Positions 59,034 through 64,000 of a stretch of DNA of 64,000 nt are shown here, piece after piece. The stretch spans positions 49,042,001-49,106,000 of the forward strand of contig OZ024749.1 in assembly GCA_964016885.1 (NCBI GenBank), written 5' to 3'. This DNA comes from Eledone cirrhosa (lineage: Eukaryota). The notes beneath the pieces are model-generated. The model did no database searches. It was not told the DNA's origin and saw only the letters and a list, made by a program, of their open reading frames with translations. Position numbers and translations under genes: made by a program. Position 1 is the first letter of the stretch. The number at the start of each line of letters is the position of its first letter.

Positions 59034-59345
59034 GGGCGGTGGATTGGCAGTATCAGTAGAGGGTCGGACGCCATGCTTTGACGCATAGAGTTACGTCCCT
59101 TTCCATTCTGAGTTCAAATCCCGTCGAGGTAAACTTTGCCTTTCATCCTTACGGGGCCGATAAAATAAAGTACCAGTAATGCACTGGATAATTGCTGGCC
59201 TCGTGCCAAAGGTAGAAACTATTATATCTATGTACTTCTTTCATCCTTACAGAGTCGATAAAATAAAGCGCCAGTAACGAACCGTGGTTTATTTAATCGA
59301 CTCCCCCCCCAAAAATTACTAGTCCTTTGTCTATACTAGAAATCA
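59034..59345 (+). mobile_element. Full SINE S1 (59034-59220, TSD ATTATATCYATGTA) followed by a partial long-tail copy (59237-59345)
   Basis: TSD at 59019-59032 and 59221-59234. The second core tttcatccttacagagtcgataaaataaagcgccagt follows. Confidence 0.9.
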
Positions 59346-60254
59346 TTATATCTATGCCCAATCGATACTGATCTGGGGCTAAAATACGTACCAAAATAAC
59401 GTATACCACAACATATACACAGTCTGTGATTATCTGTATTCGGAATGGTATATATAAAAAATGCGCTTAAGTCAAATATCATCATTCGGAGATACATGTT
59501 TTGTTTAACCACTGGGCAGTCCTGATTAAATAGATACATATTTTTATACTTTCGAGTTGGAAAACATCCTAAAGGAATATTACCAAATGTTATATTTCTA
59601 TGCATAAATATGTAACTGTATTTTAGTAGAGATACCGTCCTGGCTGAAGTTACATTACTTGAATTAAAATGAAAAATGTTGATATTTAAGTATTGTGTTT
59701 TGTTAATGTATTCAAGAAACGTTTTTCTTAAGAAAAAAAAACAGTATATTATTGCATTTATCTTTTTCCAGCACACATCTATTATTTTATGTTTACAAAA
59801 TAGTGTTGCAGAATTGAAACTTGATCGATGTACTCACATTTATACACAGTTGATTTGCTCATCAGCCACAGAATAAAATAATGATTATCTCACAGTATGA
59901 CAAAATCAGATAACTACAGGAGACAGATAGCGTCGATAATATCGACCACGGCACATGGATAGTATTTGTATTCGCGTCTTGGTATTGATGAAATTCACGA
60001 TTATATTCCCCTGAGATTCTTGAACTCAAAACGCTAAGAATGGAAACTAAATATTCTATTGCATAGAATATTTTATTGACAATTATTTTTTCTTTACAAA
60101 TTGAATGTATCTACCAGGCTTTCTGACTTCATATATATACTATATATATAACATTTATTTAATTTCTGAGAGAAAGGAAGTAACTTTTGTGAATATATTA
60201 GAATATATTAAGGGAATGTGATCAGTTGTTAGTGTATTGTTTTCTAAGTTAATG

Positions 60255-60358
<104 letters not shown>

Positions 60359-61320
60359 CTTAAAATAAATATAGGATATTGATAATTATCTAATATTCTT
60401 GAGAAATAAAATGAATTAATTACATTCGTAATTTTGCAGCATATGGACTATTATCATTATGTGCATAACATTGACCCTGCGAAATTTAACATTCGTCGAC
60501 ATAACATGTGATTTACTGTGGTTTCATTGATTACATATGTGATATATATTGACACACTGTGTATAGGGATGATAGTATTGGTCTTCTGCCAAGGAAAGAA
60601 AACACCAGCGGATACTTAGATACATTTGTAAAGGATAATGCGAAAATGTGGCATTGACTAACCATGTATTAGATTATTTAGTTTAATGTATGTAATCCTT
60701 TCACATTCCGGTTTCCTTTTCATGCCTCAGTTTCCTATAAAACAAGTATCAGAAGTAATTCCTATCGATTAAATCCCCTATTCAACAGCTGCATAAGAAA
60801 ATAGGCTTTAAGCCAAACACAAACAGGGAATTGATACAACACCTTAACACGGGAACAGGCTGCGATTTATCCAGGTAAATATGATAGCAAATAGTGATAT
60901 ATGTTCAAAAGACAAATGATAAAAAAATGTAAAACAAAAAATCATGTTTTTGATATTGCTAAAATAATCTTCTCGAAGAAATATTGAGTGACAAGTGAAG
61001 AAAATATAATACTTTATATTCTCAAGTCGTTTTGTTTTATTTTATATCTAAATGTATATTGATTTTTTATTCATGTGTAATTCAGCCGGGAGACACCAGA
61101 CAGAGGAAGCCGTATAAAGAAGGGTGGAAGTAAAATAAAATTGATTATAATTATTTGTAACTCTAATAGAAATATCAAAGATATCGAGACTTGCTATCGA
61201 CTCTCCTTAAACGTTTCTTTTTTAACATTTTTAAGTTTGTATCCACACGAATTTACACACAGACAAACACGCATAGAGTTTCCTCATGTACACACACACA
61301 CACACATACGCACACGTATG

Positions 61321-61358
<38 letters not shown>

Positions 61359-61630
61359 TTAAGATTTTGTGATTGATAATATCAATATGAGATGGAAAAT
61401 ATCATTTAGCTTTAAGATCGATAAGATCGTGAAAAAGAAAGAGATGTATCTATGCAAATAGGATGCATAACTCTTTCAAAGTAAAGATTATATATTTTAT
61501 CGAAGACATTATACGAAACACATTATTTTGAATATATATGACAATGTGGTTTGTGTATTATTTGATATATATATATATAATGAGAAACGTAGTGAGTTAC
61601 TCGCATACGTATATTTACGTACATTTATAG

Positions 61631-61678
<48 letters not shown>

Positions 61679-61679
61679 C

Positions 61680-61852
61680 GGAACAAGTAAGACCCCGACG
61701 GCTGAGCTCAAGCCGTTTCGACGGCTAATTCGAAATGGCTTGAGCTCAGCCGTCGGGGTCTTACTTGTTCCTATTACCCACTCTACTACCCTAAGTTTTG
61801 AGTACTTTTGTGCGTTATGTTCCACTTGGTTTCTTACCACATTTCCTTCGTC
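61680..61852. mobile_element. Family A fold-back copy, near-perfect about 41-bp-arm hairpin (61680-61770) plus tail
   Basis: ggaacaagtaagaccccgacggctgagctcaagccgtttcga-cggctaat-tcgaaatggcttgagctcagccgtcggggtcttacttgttcc, (TA)n on both sides. Confidence 0.85.
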
Positions 61853-63780
61853 ATATATATATATATATGTTAACCGGGGTTCAATCGGGGGTAACCAGAG
61901 CAAGTAAGGTTCTGAATACAAAGCAGAGTATAAATAGTTTAATATAGAAACGCTTCTACAGGCCTAGAACTCTTTCATTCGTCGTGAGAAACAGTATATT
62001 TTCTTCCAACAGATATTCTGTGTAATTTATATATTCTTCAAGTAATATTCGTCTAATTTCTTGCAGTGAAAGACATCTCTAAAACTCATTCGACTCGGTT
62101 CTATATTTTTATTTATTTATTGAAGGAAGCATTTTTAGACAGCTACTCATACCTGAGCTGTTTGTTGTCACTTACTGAAATGGTGTATTGGCGGCTATTA
62201 TCGCCATCTGCTACACAAACACTCCACCATTTCGTTAGCAAAAGGTTTTTTTACACTTTTCTTGTCACAAATTTCCCTGTGCTATTGGAATTACTAACCT
62301 AACGTTTTGAACTTTCCAGATATATATAACAACTAGAAGTTAAATCGATAACTACTATTGCGTTTGTTTCAGAACCAGAAACCTCACAAAATATCTATTC
62401 AGAAATGTTCACTAAAATTTGGTCTAATTAATCAGTCATAATATTAAACAATAATAACAGTTTCGTATGATCGAAACTACCATAAGGCTAGACATGAAAA
62501 ACAATAGAACTATCACAGGTGTACATGATCATGTTTGATAGTCATATAAATATCCATAATATCACACAATATTCTTTAACCCCTATATTTCCTACATTTT
62601 CTATTAGTGTTTTATGATCAATGCCTTACAATATATAACATATTTTATTTTAAATCGTCCGTTTGGGTGATGCTGAAAATCAAACTCATATTGTAGCATC
62701 TACTGTTCAAATAAATTCCAGCTTCCTATTGTTCGACGCCCCAATAGAGTCACTCTATCCAACGCTGTTAGAAGCAGTATGACTCTTACAGATGTTTAAC
62801 ATATAAATATTTATATGGCTCCTATCTAAAACACTTGTTCAGTGTGTTCACTGGACAAGTATGAATTTAGATATGTATGGCTGGTATATTTAGAAATCGA
62901 GTGATAATGAACAGACTTTCTTTTTCCCTATATCTGTCTCGGATAATATATTTTGCGCTAGTATTAATGTTTCACCTAGTCCTGAATGATTGTATTTAGC
63001 TTTCGGCATTTTCAATAATCATTATAATAGTGAAGTATTTGTTATTAATCATTGTGATATTTCAGATTATTGGTTATTTGTAAGAAAAAATAGCTAAGCG
63101 AATGTACCGTGGTATTCATATCTAAAGTGTTTATCAATGATAGTGAGTTGAATAGAAGAATAGGCTATTAGCTTTTCTTAGAAAATTGCCGTGCTTTCAT
63201 TTATGAATATTATTTGTTTGGTGGTGATAAGTATGTTGTTAGAAGGCTGTTAACTTGATGCTGGCCGATAATGCTGAATAGATACAGCTTGAATATATGA
63301 GTATATTTCTGTAACTGGTAATGCTATGATACATTTATTGTTTCTAGGGCACTGAGAGCGTTCTAATAGATATATGCCTGTCTTACAGGTTCTGTGTTTG
63401 ATTAAATAGTAAGGGATTCACAAGAAAAATAGAGTTTCACTTTAATAGATGCCTTTCAAAACTATTTTTTCATTCCCGGAAGAAATAATCCAAAGTACTA
63501 CTCCAGAGTAAAAGAATTGAGGAGCTCCTATAACGGTGAATACGCTATTATTTGTTCCAACAAGTTATATTCTGGCCTAATGTGAATATCTTCATTGTTT
63601 GTATGCCAGACTTAATCCGCCATCCTCATTAATATCATTACATATATATTCAATAACAATAGTGGGGTGCAATCAGCTGCAAGCATTGTGACAGGCTCAT
63701 TAATTTGAAAGCAACTTAAAACTTATCTAAAGCCTATATACAGAAGCCAAGAACTGGTCACCAGAACGACCCCATCTCTC

Positions 63781-63820
<40 letters not shown>

Positions 63821-63835
63821 TGTGTGTGTGTATGT

Positions 63836-63873
<38 letters not shown>

Positions 63874-64000
63874 ATGTGTGTGTGTGTGTGTGTATGTATA
63901 CTAAGCATAACAAGCTATTTCAATGACAACTGTACACACTGAGATAATATTACATACACACATCCGGGCACATATATAAATACAGACAGAGAAAACTAGA

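Overview
This is AT-rich, microsatellite-saturated eukaryotic DNA with no intact host protein-coding gene that I can support. The SINE set and the (TA)n/(CA)n/(GA)n/(CAT)n load look like a cephalopod (octopus-type) genome; that assignment is inference. Most ORFs in the supplied track are repeat translations. Recognisable content: (1) about 15 tRNA-derived SINE copies or fragments, some with clear target-site duplications; (2) a decayed R4/Dong-type restriction-like-endonuclease LINE (about 47500-49802, minus) whose RT core is deleted in frame; (3) two Penelope-like GIY-YIG endonuclease relics with the Cys-rich Naiad-type pattern (19419-19690 and 55470-56092, both minus); (4) a Helitron-like 3' end. 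The most striking signal is about 17 type-I hammerhead ribozyme (HHR) motifs from at least 7 unrelated short non-coding element families. Most sit at or near (TA)n tracts, and many form fold-back pairs with a single polarity: antisense arm on the left, sense arm on the right, 3' ends outward. This looks like a diverse system of non-autonomous, ribozyme-bearing, TA-targeting Penelope-dependent retroelements (retrozyme-like), including natural core variants (U3-A8, U4C). All structures were read by eye and need computational and biochemical confirmation.
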